A stretch of DNA of 54,243 nucleotides from Gonapodya sp. JEL0774. Taxonomy: Eukaryota. Both the position numbers and the translations under genes were made by a program. The notes under the pieces are model-generated. The model saw only the letters and a program-made list of their open reading frames with translations. It ran no database searches and was not told the DNA's origin. Numbering within the stretch: the first letter of the stretch is position 1; every line of letters begins with the position of its first letter. Positions 11,451-22,772 of this stretch are shown here, piece after piece. The stretch covers positions 124,001 to 178,243 of the forward strand of contig JADIIX010000034.1 in NCBI GenBank assembly GCA_027604505.1, given 5' to 3'.

Positions 11451-13749
11451 ATGCAACTTACTCCGCCCAAAACCCAGCGTCTCAGGTGAGACTTGTTTTA
11501 CACAACTATTTCAAACACTGATTTAAACACATCAAGGTTGATTTTGCAGTCGTGTGACCAGTGCAGAGCGCGAAAGCATAGATGTGATACGGCATCACCA
11601 CGATGCGGTCGTTGCGTGAAATTCAACACGGAATGCACCTTCACGAGGGAGCAGAAGAAGGTATGTCTCGTGCTGTGTTATTTTCGGATAGAGCGTTTCT
11701 TTCTCGTTTACTTCCTGCATTCCGCTCAAACTCATAACGATGTGAAACCTTCAGCGAGGGCCGCCAAAGGGTACTCGTTCAACGGTTCACGAGAGGCTTC
11801 GCTCATTGGAAGCCCTTGCACGACAACTTGGGGTTGACCCAAAGCACAAGGAGCAATTACAAGCGCTCTTGTCGGCTGCAGGTTATGCTCAGATTGCGAA
11901 GACAGAACCTCAGGATGACACGCCACACCCAACTCTGGAGTTCTCCACCACGATTCCTCCAAATACTTTCTTACCGTCAGTTTTTGACGATGATCCGGCG
12001 TGCATGGCTCTTTGGAACGACAGTTCCCCCCTATCGCCGTCCTCCGACGCTGAGACTGCCATTCAGTTTGCATCATTCGGAAGCACATGCTCTGCAACTG
12101 ATCTCGCCCTTCCCAATTCGCTCGATGAGAACATGCCGTTCCTTGACGCGCATTCTTTAGAGTGTTCTCCTGATGACATCTTGGCAGACCTTGGTGTTGC
12201 TGCGCTTACGCTGCCCTTCGAGACCGTTGAGACATTAACAAAGCCTCAAGTAGTCGACCCATGTACGGCCCTTGTCCTATCAACTCACTCGACCTTCACT
12301 CCTGTTCCCTTCGTCCCCAATCTCATCGAACTCTATGCGACGCATGTACACTACTTTATCCCGATGGTGGACCTCCCTCTCCTTACCACTTCCTGCAACA
12401 CGACGTGGCCTTTTCCAACATCATCCCAGAGTATCGATCTTTCCTTGCTTCTTTCATCAATGTACGCGCTGGCTTGTGCATTTTGTGGACGTTCCGAGGC
12501 CGATTACGCGACGGCAGGTCTCGAGAACTTCTCAAAATGCAAGCAGATACTCGAAATTGCTGCTCGCAAACCCACGCTGAGAGTAGCACAAGCACTTGCC
12601 AACATGTGTTTATACGTGGCGCAATGCACGAGCATGGGAGCCGCCGCTTCGGATATGGTGAGAATACACGCACCGGTCCAACAACGCTCGTTCTCGGGTC
12701 TTCTCATTCGACTCTAATTTTGCACGCTAATAGTACTTGGCACAAGCAATATGTGTGGCTCGACAGTTACGAATGGACCGCCCTGTACGTGGGAGCGAGT
12801 CGGATGCCGTTTTAAGCGAGCGCGTGAACACTTTCTGGTCGCTGTACATGCTGGACAAGTACATAGCGGTATGCAGCACGCCTTTTTTCAGCTTTGAAGA
12901 GGGTCTCATCAAAGACTCTTTTCCTGTGTTTCTGACCTTACAGACTTACTTGGGAAGGATGCCGATGATTCTCGAAGACGAAGCTGACCAAATACAGCAT
13001 CGTGAGTTTTTTTGTCCTTCAACTCCTCCAAAAAAAGTCTCATGGATTATGGATGCTCATTCGCTTCGATTTCCAACACCGTCTGGCGCAGCTCACGATC
13101 ACGAACTCCTTCTCCCCCTCCACATTTCGTTCTCACTTTCCCAAACTCTCCACATACGTCCCGCCACCAGTCCTTGCCACCAAACTGACCGCATCAGGAA
13201 GATACTAGTGGCAGAGCGGGAAAGCGGCAATTTGGCCCGAACAAGCCCTCTAAGAGTGTGTAGGAACGTGCTTTATTGTGTTGCTACACTGAGGGCGGGA
13301 CTTGAGGGAATTGAAGTGGTTAAAAAGTACCTGGTGCCAGCATTGAGTGAAGCGGTGCAAGGTGAGTTCAACGTCTTGCTCGCAATCCTGCGATAGCTGT
13401 GTTCTTTATTGATTGATTTGTGCCACTCCCCCCCCACACACCATAAGGTGCTGACACTGTCGGTTTCATTTCTCTCGGTTCCCCGTTTGCGAACGCAGGC
13501 GTCGTATTCCTCCTCAAGCAGGCACTCGCTGCTGGGATGGTCCATGACAAGGACCTTGTGGCAGGAGTGGCAGCGCTCTCAGGACATGCAGTGAGGTGGA
13601 GGGCGAGCGGATCAGCTGTTAGGGAGTTGGTCGCTGCTTGGGGCGCGAGAGATGTTGGGGGCACGACGTTGAAAGGAGTACCGCCGGAACGCGATGGAGA
13701 ACTTCTAGTGGAAGAAAGAGAGGAAAGCGAGAATGTTCTGGCATCGTGA
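11451..13749 (+). CDS. Zn(II)2Cys6 transcription factor with fungal-specific TF (MHR) domain
   Basis: CDQCRARKHRCDTASPRCGRCVKFNTEC binuclear cluster, KK|RGPPK linker, LYATHVHYFIPMV and ERVNTFWSLYMLDKY MHR motifs, spliced. Confidence 0.9.
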
Positions 13750-14046
13750 TACAGCGGAGGTTCTGGATACGCCCGACACCACATTCCACTAAATTGTCTA
13801 CAGCATCAAGACACGAATTGTGTTCCTTGCGACTCCTTTTGTTTTCTGTATCATAATTCATCATTTGACGAATGTGCACCAAGTATGTCAAAATGCCTGG
13901 AGCGTTTTCCCCGGCGGGACAGTATCAGGCCCTATTATTCATGAATGCTGCACCGGCACCACGAACCACAGAAATGGGTGCCAACGGCAAATCGGACCTC
14001 CTTTTAAATACGGGAAAGTCTTCGTTTCCTTCGAATCCTCTATCGA

Positions 14047-15225
14047 ATGGCGGTGAAGGTCGCGATTGCGGGAAACGGTAGGTGGGAGTTACCTTGGCCT
14101 CCATTTCACCGTAGGCTAAACAGTTCCTTTCTACGGATCAGGTCCCTTCGCCATTACCGTTGCCAAAGCTCTTAACGAGGCGAAGGGCTTTGATGTGACA
14201 ATCGTCGGTAGGAGAGCCAAAGATGTCACTGCACCGGGAACTGTGACAAAGATTGTTCCGGCGTGGGATGTAGATGGACTCGCAGAGGCATTTGCTGGTG
14301 AGATTCGAAACTACTGTAGAAAACCCCTTGAGCACTGGCAGATTCTGAGTCGCTCGCGTTAGGTGCCGACTTCGTTATATCTACACTCAGTTTGATCTCA
14401 ATTACCGATCCGCAATTTGCTGTCATTAAGGCTGCAAAAAATGCGGGTGTGAAAGGAATAACCCTGTCCGAGTATGGCGTTCCGGTTACGGCGTACCCAA
14501 CATCACCACTGGGTGGTTTGAAGCTCCCTGCTAGGGCCTTAGCTCAACAAGTTGGACTTCCGGTAAGGGCACAAATACTTCCCAAATTAAACTTGACACA
14601 GTAAATGCTTTATTGCACGCTTGTAGTGGATCGCCATTATCAATGGAGGCTTCCTAGACAATCCCTTTGGCTCTTTCATTCGTGATGATGAAAATAAAGT
14701 AGCCACCGTTTTCGGCTCTCCTGATGTTAAGCTAAGCCTCACCTCCCGTGAGGTGAGATCTGTTTCGGGTTGACATGCTCTCGTCAGTGTGCAACCTTGT
14801 TCTCATCTAATGTTGACAATCAGGATGTTGCGGCTTACTTGGCGCAGATACTGTTTCGATTCAATGATTTCAAGAATGGTGAAGTGCAGGTCTCGGCGGT
14901 AACCACGACAGTTCGGGAACTAGTCACTAAAATTGGGAAGGTCAAGGGTGAGCTGGTCGACTGCGTGGTCGATTTTTGATCTCCTTTACACAACATCTCA
15001 TACTTCATGTCGTCAAATTCCTAAGGAATTTCTTACAGCATCATTTCTGAACCTCTTGAAGAAACGGAAGCGAAATCAGCCGCAAACAAAGCAGATCGAG
15101 CTCGCTTCTTCGGCACTATAATCGCTAAGGGATTTATGCTCAACAACAACGATGTCAGTAGCCAGTTTCCCTCCGTGCAGCCAAAAGGATTGGACTACTG
15201 GCTTCCAAAGCACTTTGGGGTGTAA
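14047..15225 (+). CDS. NmrA/isoflavone-reductase-like NAD(P)-binding protein, paralogue 1 (6 exons)
   Basis: MAVKVAIAGN|GPFA, GADFVISTL, AAKNAGVK..LSEYG, NGGFLD, SRE|DVA. All introns in phase, stop at 15223-15225. Confidence 0.85.
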
Positions 15226-15854
15226 GCTCATGACGATGAAAATAACTCGGGGTCTCAAGATCCGATTAGTAGTATTGACACCTAGTCATTTATCGTCCGT
15301 TGGCTTCTCTGCATCTGGTGAACCCTGTTCCACGCATATGGGTTATTACATCTGATTGAGTTCGGCGATTGAAAAACACGATAAAGAAATAAATAGGTTC
15401 CGTGCACAATATATATTAATATTTATGCCCATATCGACGTACATTTTTCAAGAGAAATGTGTTTGTCATGCATGACCACAGGCAAGGTCATTCGTGTCAC
15501 TTTTGAAGTGCACATGTGACACATTGAAGAGAGATCAACTGCAGTCAACCAGCGGCGGACATTATCGGTTTCTATATGAAGCTATTGAAATGGGAGTGTA
15601 CCCAGCACCTGCGTGAAAACGGGACTCCGGTGGAGGAAGCTACCGGATGATGAGAGTTCCCGGTCCCACAGCAGGGCGGAGGAATCGGGTAAACATATTT
15701 CGAAAGCGGTTCTGGCGCAATCGTCCAACCCTAATCAGATCTACTCATATCTCACGTAATTCACCGTTACATTTTGTCTTGGGACCAGCAAGATTGAAGA
15801 ACTGGAGTTCCAGCCAATCCTTTTTTCAATTCGTTCTGGTTTCGAATCCACCAA

Positions 15855-17066
15855 ATGCCGAACTTGAAAATCGTCATCGCCGGCAACGGTGAGAGAGCTG
15901 TTTTCATTTCTTCCAGCTGGAATTCATTCGTCACCGTTCTTGTTTTCCTTCGAATCAGGTCCTTTCGCAATCATCGTTGCCCGAGCTCTGATCGAGGCGA
16001 AGGGCTTTGATGTGACAATTGTCGGTAGGAGAGCGAAAGATGTCACTGCACCGGGAACTGTGACAAAGATTGTTCCGGCATGGGATGTTGATGGCCTCGC
16101 AGAGGCATTTGCTGGTAAGTTTGTTGAAATAGTGAAGTCCAGATCACCTCAAACCCTCCATGGCTCTCGCGAAGGCGCGGACTACGTGGTCTCTACCCTC
16201 GGCTTCTCAGCGCTTGGTGATCCTCAGTTTGTTGTTATTAAGGCTGCAAAGAAAGCGGGCGTGAAAGGAATTGCCCTGTCAGAGTACGGCGTTCCAGTTA
16301 CAGCATACCCGACATCGCCACTAGCTGGATTGAAGCTTCCTGCCAGGGCACTGGTCCAGGAAATTGGACTTCCTGTGAGTTGTGGAACCTTTTTTTGTTG
16401 GTCTCTCAGAGTTCGGTTAGACTGAATGTGCAACTTCTCACCGTTCTTTCAGTGGATAGCTCTCATCACCGGAAACTTTCTCGATTATCCCTTCGGCGCT
16501 TTCATTCCAGACGATGAGAAGAAAACAGCCACTGTATTTGGTTCCCCTGACTCCAAGTTAAACCTGACATCCCGCGAGGTGAGCTTTGCGACGGTTGAAG
16601 TTTTGCCTGTCTTACGACTTCTATCTCCACAATTGAGTACGTCTTTACTCTGTGCACATAGGATGCTGGAGCTTACCTCGCTCAAATACTTCCGCGATTC
16701 GATGAGTTTAAAAATGGGGAGGTTCAAGTTTCCGCCGTTACTACCACAGTTCGTGAACTTGTGACCGCGATTGGCAAAGCAAAAGGTGAATTTGGGAAAA
16801 TATTGATCTTCAAGTACCTTGATATGAACATTCACCGTCGCATTTGGCCTTCCTACAAAGGCATCCCGTACAGCATCATTTCGGAACCTTTGGAAGAAAC
16901 TAAGGCGAAATCATCAGCAAACAAGGCAGACCGTTCTCGATTTTTCGGCATTATCATTGCTGAAGGTTTTATGGTCAACGACAGGGACGTCAGCAGCAAG
17001 TTTCCCACTGTGCATCCCAAGGGATTGGACTACTGGATCCCAAAGCTGTTTGGAGCGAAGTCGTGA
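15855..17066 (+). CDS. NmrA/isoflavone-reductase-like protein, paralogue 2 (6 exons)
   Basis: MPNLKIVIAGN|GPFA, AAKKAGVKGIALSEYG, TGNFLDY. Same intron positions as paralogue 1. Confidence 0.87.
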
Positions 17067-17662
17067 GGCTCCCCTGGCTCATTGGAGTATGCTTCGAAAC
17101 ACGATTTATTAATTGAGTTGATGTGTTTTGTAGTTTGTTATGAACTCCTCTGCATAGAGTTAGCGCAGAGGTGCGCACAACTTGACAGTGATGAAACGCA
17201 TCTGTATCAGCAGGTTCTTACTGCTCATCCAAGTGCCGTTTGAAAGTGTACAATGTAACCCTCTGATCGCAGTTTGACGTGTGTACTTGTAACTTCTGGA
17301 ACTCTTGCAAATTAAGACAACAAACCAAGATCTTCGTCCGTTCTCTCTGCAATGCATCGAAGCATCAGTCTGAGGATTGCGGCACTCTGCACTCAACCTA
17401 GACCACGCCATGTACTTCTAGGCGCCGGGGGTACTCGTTGGTTTCTTTCGTGTTGACTGACGGTGGGGCGGACGAATACCAAGGAGTACGTCCTCGAAGA
17501 ACTTTTGAGAGCGAGAACATTTTCTTACATGAATGTATCATCGTTCACTTGGAGACATAAACAGGACAGGTACCAAGATCGGCCCACTGACAAGGATGAA
17601 CCGGCCTGCACCCCACAGCATCAGTCGCTCCACTTTCTCGCACTTTCTCGCAAACAACCGTG

Positions 17663-19526
17663 ATGGCATCACGAGGGGATCCCACGGGTGGTATTTTCGT
17701 AAAGAATGCCCGTGAGTCTCAAATCCGTTTGTGTGTTGGTGCTCCTCAGACATTCCCAACGCGGTTCTTCCGCAGTCGTTCTCGTCACAAATGATCCGTC
17801 TCGCCGCGAGATCCCCAGCGGTGCTCTGATTGCCGAACGAAATGTGATTTTACATGTAGGAACAACCAAGGATCTTGAAATGTCAGTTCTCTCGGGGAGC
17901 AGCCAATACGAGTTCAAAGAGTGATGGTCAAAACATTAGCATCGCTCCGAAGGAGTTCAGAATCATTGACTTGGAAGAGAGGGCTGTGCTGGTTCGTCGC
18001 CAATCATAAATTTATTTTGCAACCTTGGATGTCCGGAACGCCTTTTCCCGCTCCTGCAGCTCCCTGGACTTATTTCGATTCATCATCATATGATGGAGAG
18101 TCTTACTCGTACTTACGGGACAAAAGATGGTCTTCAAACGTTTCCGTGGTTGCAGAAGTTGTTCCCATTGTGGGCGGAAATGACTGGCAAGTAGTATTTT
18201 TTTGACATCAAAGTTCTCAAGACTCCACGATTTTCCACCTTTATAGGAAGGGGGCTTTATGTCGCTACCAAGGTGTGCATTGCAGAGCTGATGTTATCCG
18301 GTGCTACCACAGTTCTCGACCACTGTGTGGGGTTTTGGAATGGTAGGGGCAAAGTTGAATCCTTCACCGCTCAAGCGACTTATTGCTTTCCAACGCATTT
18401 ACACTGTAATGTTGGTCCTCTCCAGACATGAAAGTCGAGCACCAAATTCAAGCAGCGCGTGAAATGCGCGCTCGCTTTCATGTCACCAGAGGAGGTTCTG
18501 ACGTGTTTGATGGTGGCGAAGGCGACGCCTTATGTGAGCAAATGGAAGACATAGCGGAAGACGCACGAAGAGTCGTCAAGGAGCATCATGATGCGCAGAA
18601 GTTTGGAATGCTGAGAGTACTGTTGGGTACAACGGCTGTGTCTTTAGCCAGGTAAGGCCTGGGTCGGCGCAACGATCGGAATCAGTGAAGTTTTTGAGTT
18701 CAAGATCTTCTCCACCAGCCCATCACTATTTCGAAGCTTTGCAGAGATCGCCTCCGCCAACCCTGGCGTGTGCCTGACAACCCATCTGTACGAGACTGCC
18801 GACGAGATGCATGCCTTTCGAGCCTCCCACAACCGCTCTCCACTCGATTTTCTGCTTTCATCGAACCTTGGTGGACCATATTTTGACCAACGCTATATCC
18901 TCGCCCACTGCGTTCACACTCCAATGAACGAGATGAGCCTTTTCTCTCACCATAATCTTTCTGTCGCCCATTGTCCCTCTTCCAACGCCATACTGGGCTC
19001 AGGCATTGCCCCGATCCGGGAATTTTTGGAGCACGGAGTAACCGTGGGGCTGGGAACGGATGGATCCTCGAGCAACGATGGCAACAATTTTCTTGGCGAA
19101 CTCCGCCAGGCTATGCTCTTTCAACGACTCAACGCTGCACTTAAGTCCGCGCCTGGTACCCCACCACCAGACATCAGTTTTTCTGCGCGACAAGCGATTG
19201 AGCTCGCAACCCGGGGATCAGCGGCGGCATTGGGACGAGAAGACGCACTTGGCCAACTCGTGCCCGGTTTTGCCGCTGACATGGTGGCTTTCAGAGTGGA
19301 CGGTCTCACTCATGCTGCGGGAGTGATATGGGATGCTGTCGCGAGTCTCGTTACCAGCGAGCCGGTGCGGTGTTGGTTAAGCATCATAGATGGTGTTGTG
19401 TGCATCGAGCGTGGAGAATTCACAAGCGAGGTAGATGTGGATGTCGCTGTTTTGGTGAAGGAGCACAACGAAATCGCAAGGGTTATGCGGAAGAAGGTGC
19501 AGGACAAGCGTAATCTCCGAGCATAG
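17663..19526 (+). CDS. Metal-dependent amidohydrolase, COG0402 nucleobase/pterin deaminase group (8-oxoguanine deaminase/AtzB-like)
   Basis: Spliced model: IFVKNA|LVLVTNDPSRREI, LPGLISIHHH (HxH), AELMLSGATTVLDH, THLYET (HxxE), AHCVH, HCPSSNAILGSG, GLGTDGSSSND, G.L.PG..AD. Confidence 0.88.
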
Positions 19527-19688
19527 CACGTGCTTTGCAAAATGTTGCGATGATCAATACATAATACGCTCTGACATAGTGTAACAGAAGTATGTATCTC
19601 GAGATTGTACCGGTCAATAGATGGTGTGTAACGACGGACACATCTCCTTGCAGAACAAACAAAGCTTTCCCATCTCAGCCACCGTTAA

Positions 19689-21083
19689 TCACGCTGCTCC
19701 TTTCACTTTGCCCCTCTCCACTACCTCAACATCACCTCCAACCTCCACGACGTCTCCGCAGCCTTCCCCAACCACCGCGTTCATCCCCATGACAGACTTG
19801 TTGGGCTTGCCGAGTATCAAGCCCCTCCGGTATGTCATCAGTGTTCGTAAAGGGTAAGCAACTGTGGAAGCCACGCCGGTGGTGGGGTCGATGGAGGGAA
19901 TGGGACAGCGCGAGCATAATTTGACCCCGTAGAGAGTAACACTGACGGAAGATGAGCGTAATGTGATTTCACGCCACTTATCTTCCTCAAACGGTTCGTC
20001 TGCGTCAACGAGAATGTTGGGTCGATAGCGTCGCGCTTCGTGAGTCACCAAGGAGTCGCCCTTGTCGCCGTTGGCTTTCGAGCCTGAAGTCTCATCAACT
20101 CCACCGAGTTGGGCTATACGGCGCACTGAAGCAGTGGTGAGGACAAGGATGGGAAAGCCGTCGGCAAAAACGGCGTTATCGGTGTGAGTTGGGATTTTTG
20201 GTGGGGGGAATTCGGGATCGAGTGGTCGTACGAAAGATGGGTCCTTCGTTTCGTTCATGTTCAAAAGGCCAGAGAGCAAAAGGGAGAGCATCAGACCAAC
20301 TCTTTGATGGCGTTACTGAATAAAAGGCCGCGAGTGATTCTGTAATCCCATACCTTGACAATTAATCTCACGTTCGCAGACTTGATTTTGGCTGCACCTG
20401 ACTCCGTTTGGGATAAGTACTCCTTGAACCACTGGGCCGCGCTGTCCCCTTCGTCAAAGCCACGGACTGAATCGGACCAGAGGGTGAACGAAACCGGGAT
20501 TTCGGTGTGGATGCTACAGTGTGCATTGGAGACGTGCCAGGGCAAACAAGAGAATATGTCCCCGTCTAGTAGTAAGCACACATCATTACGATCATGTAGT
20601 TGATAGAAACTGGGGCACAAACCTTTCTCTGGGAAACTTCACTCTCAAATCAGTCCTCATCCCCTTTCCACTCACAACCAGCCACCCTCTACTCCCAGAG
20701 TAATCGCGCATTCCGGCATCGGATTCTGACGCTCCGTCTTCGAATTCAAGATGCACGGATAAGGCCACAAGACTATGAAATTCCCGCGCGGTGACAAATC
20801 GAGGAGAGGGAGGAGAATCCGGTTTCTTGGGATCTGATGCGACGACATCCACCAGGACCCAATGACGGTCGAAAGGAAGACCAGTTGGACCGAGACGTGC
20901 CCTCGGCAGGTTTATTCCACCACAGGACTTGATCGGATAAGTGGTGAGCGTTGAGATTTTGCGCTTCATATCGGTCTTCTTCTGAATCTTGCGGGATGAT
21001 TCGAACACTAGCCAAACAGTGATTGCAGAAACTAGTGACAGAGTCCAAAATGAATTGGCGTTTGCGGTCATGAAGGTGGACAT
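19689..21083 (-). CDS. MOSC-domain molybdoprotein (mARC/YcbX-like) with N-terminal hydrophobic anchor, 3 exons
   Basis: YPIKSC, DRHWVLVD, FDEGDSAAQWF, FADGFPILV, RRYRPNILV, PFEEDKW, CSRC (Moco-ligating Cys), GMNAV. Confidence 0.9.
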
Positions 21084-21175
21084 GTCTGTAACAAGACCAC
21101 TCAATATACTACAAAATTCAACCACAGCCCAAGGCACGATTAAGGCCGTTAACGCAATCGCAAAACTCAGGGGTC

Positions 21176-21231
21176 AAATGATTGGGTAATGAAGAGGACC
21201 AAAAAATGATTGGGCAATGAAGAGGACCAAA
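21176..21231. repeat. 28-bp tandem duplication in the divergent MOSC/NmrA-3 intergenic region
   Basis: AAATGATTGGG(T/C)AATGAAGAGGACCAAA x2. Each unit contains ATTGG (reverse CCAAT). Confidence 0.85.
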
Positions 21232-21537
21232 TGAGCCTATAAAACTTCAACGTTCCAAGCGTCCCATGAGGGAAATATGAGCACTGGTGTCCAAGGCAAT
21301 CTACTCCAATTTGGAAGTATGATTCCGCGGTTTGCAAACTACTCTCTTTTGGGATGTTTCCGTTTCGTAAGGTACAGGTACTACTACACCAACCCGGAAG
21401 GGTACTTGATCCACCCTCTCCTTATTCCACGAAACCAACGACGTCCTAATTATGGATTGCGAAATATATAAAGCGCAAACTGAAATGACGTTCATCATCA
21501 ACGACCCCGTGTCTTGTGCTTCGAATACTGCAATCAA

Positions 21538-22772
21538 ATGCCTAACCTGAAAATCGCTCTCGCCGGTAACGGTATGTCGACTGCCTCACTTCAGCGCATT
21601 TTCAGAGCTTCCCCTTTAATCCCAACAGTCTTTATGTTGTGTTAGGTCCTCTTGGCACCATACTCACTAAAGCGTTACTTGACTCCAAGAGCTTTGACGT
21701 GACTGTTGTTGGACGGAAAGCAAAGGAGACCACCATCGCCAACGTTACGACCAAATTCGTCCCCGAATGGAACCTCGATGGGCTCGCAGATGCATTTGCT
21801 GGTGAGTCAGGGAACTACTTTCCGGATTTGATGGTTTTCACAGAAGACTGACTGTCCCCAACAAAGGCGCCGACTACGTGGTATCCGCCCTCGGTATGTC
21901 ATCGCTAGCGAGTCCTCAGTTCGAGATCATTCGGGCAGCCAAGAAAGCTGGAGTAAAAGGGATCGTCCTGTCGGAGTACGGCGCCCCAATTAAAGCGTAC
22001 CCAACGTCGCCACTTGCGGGATTGAAGATACCCGCGAGGGCATTAGCCGAGGAGATCGGACTTCCTGTAAGTTTTTGAACTATTAACATGTTTCGGCAAC
22101 CAAAGTGGACGATCAGAGTTGCTGACCACCAATTGTTGGATTTCACGCATGACCCAAGTGGATTGGGATCATCAACGGATACTTCCTCGATTACCCTTTC
22201 TTCGCCTTCATAGCCGATCAGCAGAAGAAGGAAGCTACAGTGTTCGGCTCCCCTGACGTGAAGCTCAACTTCACATCACGAGAGGTGAGGCGATTTAGAA
22301 TCCAGCACAGCGTCCGTGGACAAATGGTTTGAACTTGTTCTCTCCTCATACTCTGGATATAGGATGTGGGAGCTTATCTGGCCCAAATACTTCCTCGATT
22401 CGACGAGTTTAAAAATGGCGAGGTTCAAGTTTCCGCCGTTACAACGACCGTTCGCGAACTCTTAACAGAGATCGGTAAAGTCCAAGGTGAGCAGCAGAGT
22501 CAATTAAAAAAAAAACCTTCCTGCTGGCCGTATCACTTTTCTAACGGTCGTTCGGTGATCATGCAGGTGTACAGTACGCCCTGAACATCGAATCTCTTGA
22601 GGAAACCAAAGCCAAAGCAGCTGCAAACCCGTCGGACCAAACTCGCTTTTTCGGTATCGTAGTTGCGGAGGGCTTCTTGTTGAACGACAAGGATGTTAGC
22701 AGTCAGTTCCCGTCGGTGAAACCAAGAGGATTCGATTACTGGCTTCCTAAGTTGTATGGGGGAAAGGCATGA
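21538..22772 (+). CDS. NmrA/isoflavone-reductase-like protein, paralogue 3 (6 exons)
   Basis: MPNLKIALAGN|GPLG, AAKKAGVKGIVLSEYG, NGYFLDY. Same exon structure as paralogues 1 and 2. Confidence 0.87.

Noticed and set aside
15550..15720. CGG-rich stretch as Zn2Cys6 binding sites upstream of NmrA-2
   Set aside because: No consistent spacing shared with the other cluster promoters could be established by eye
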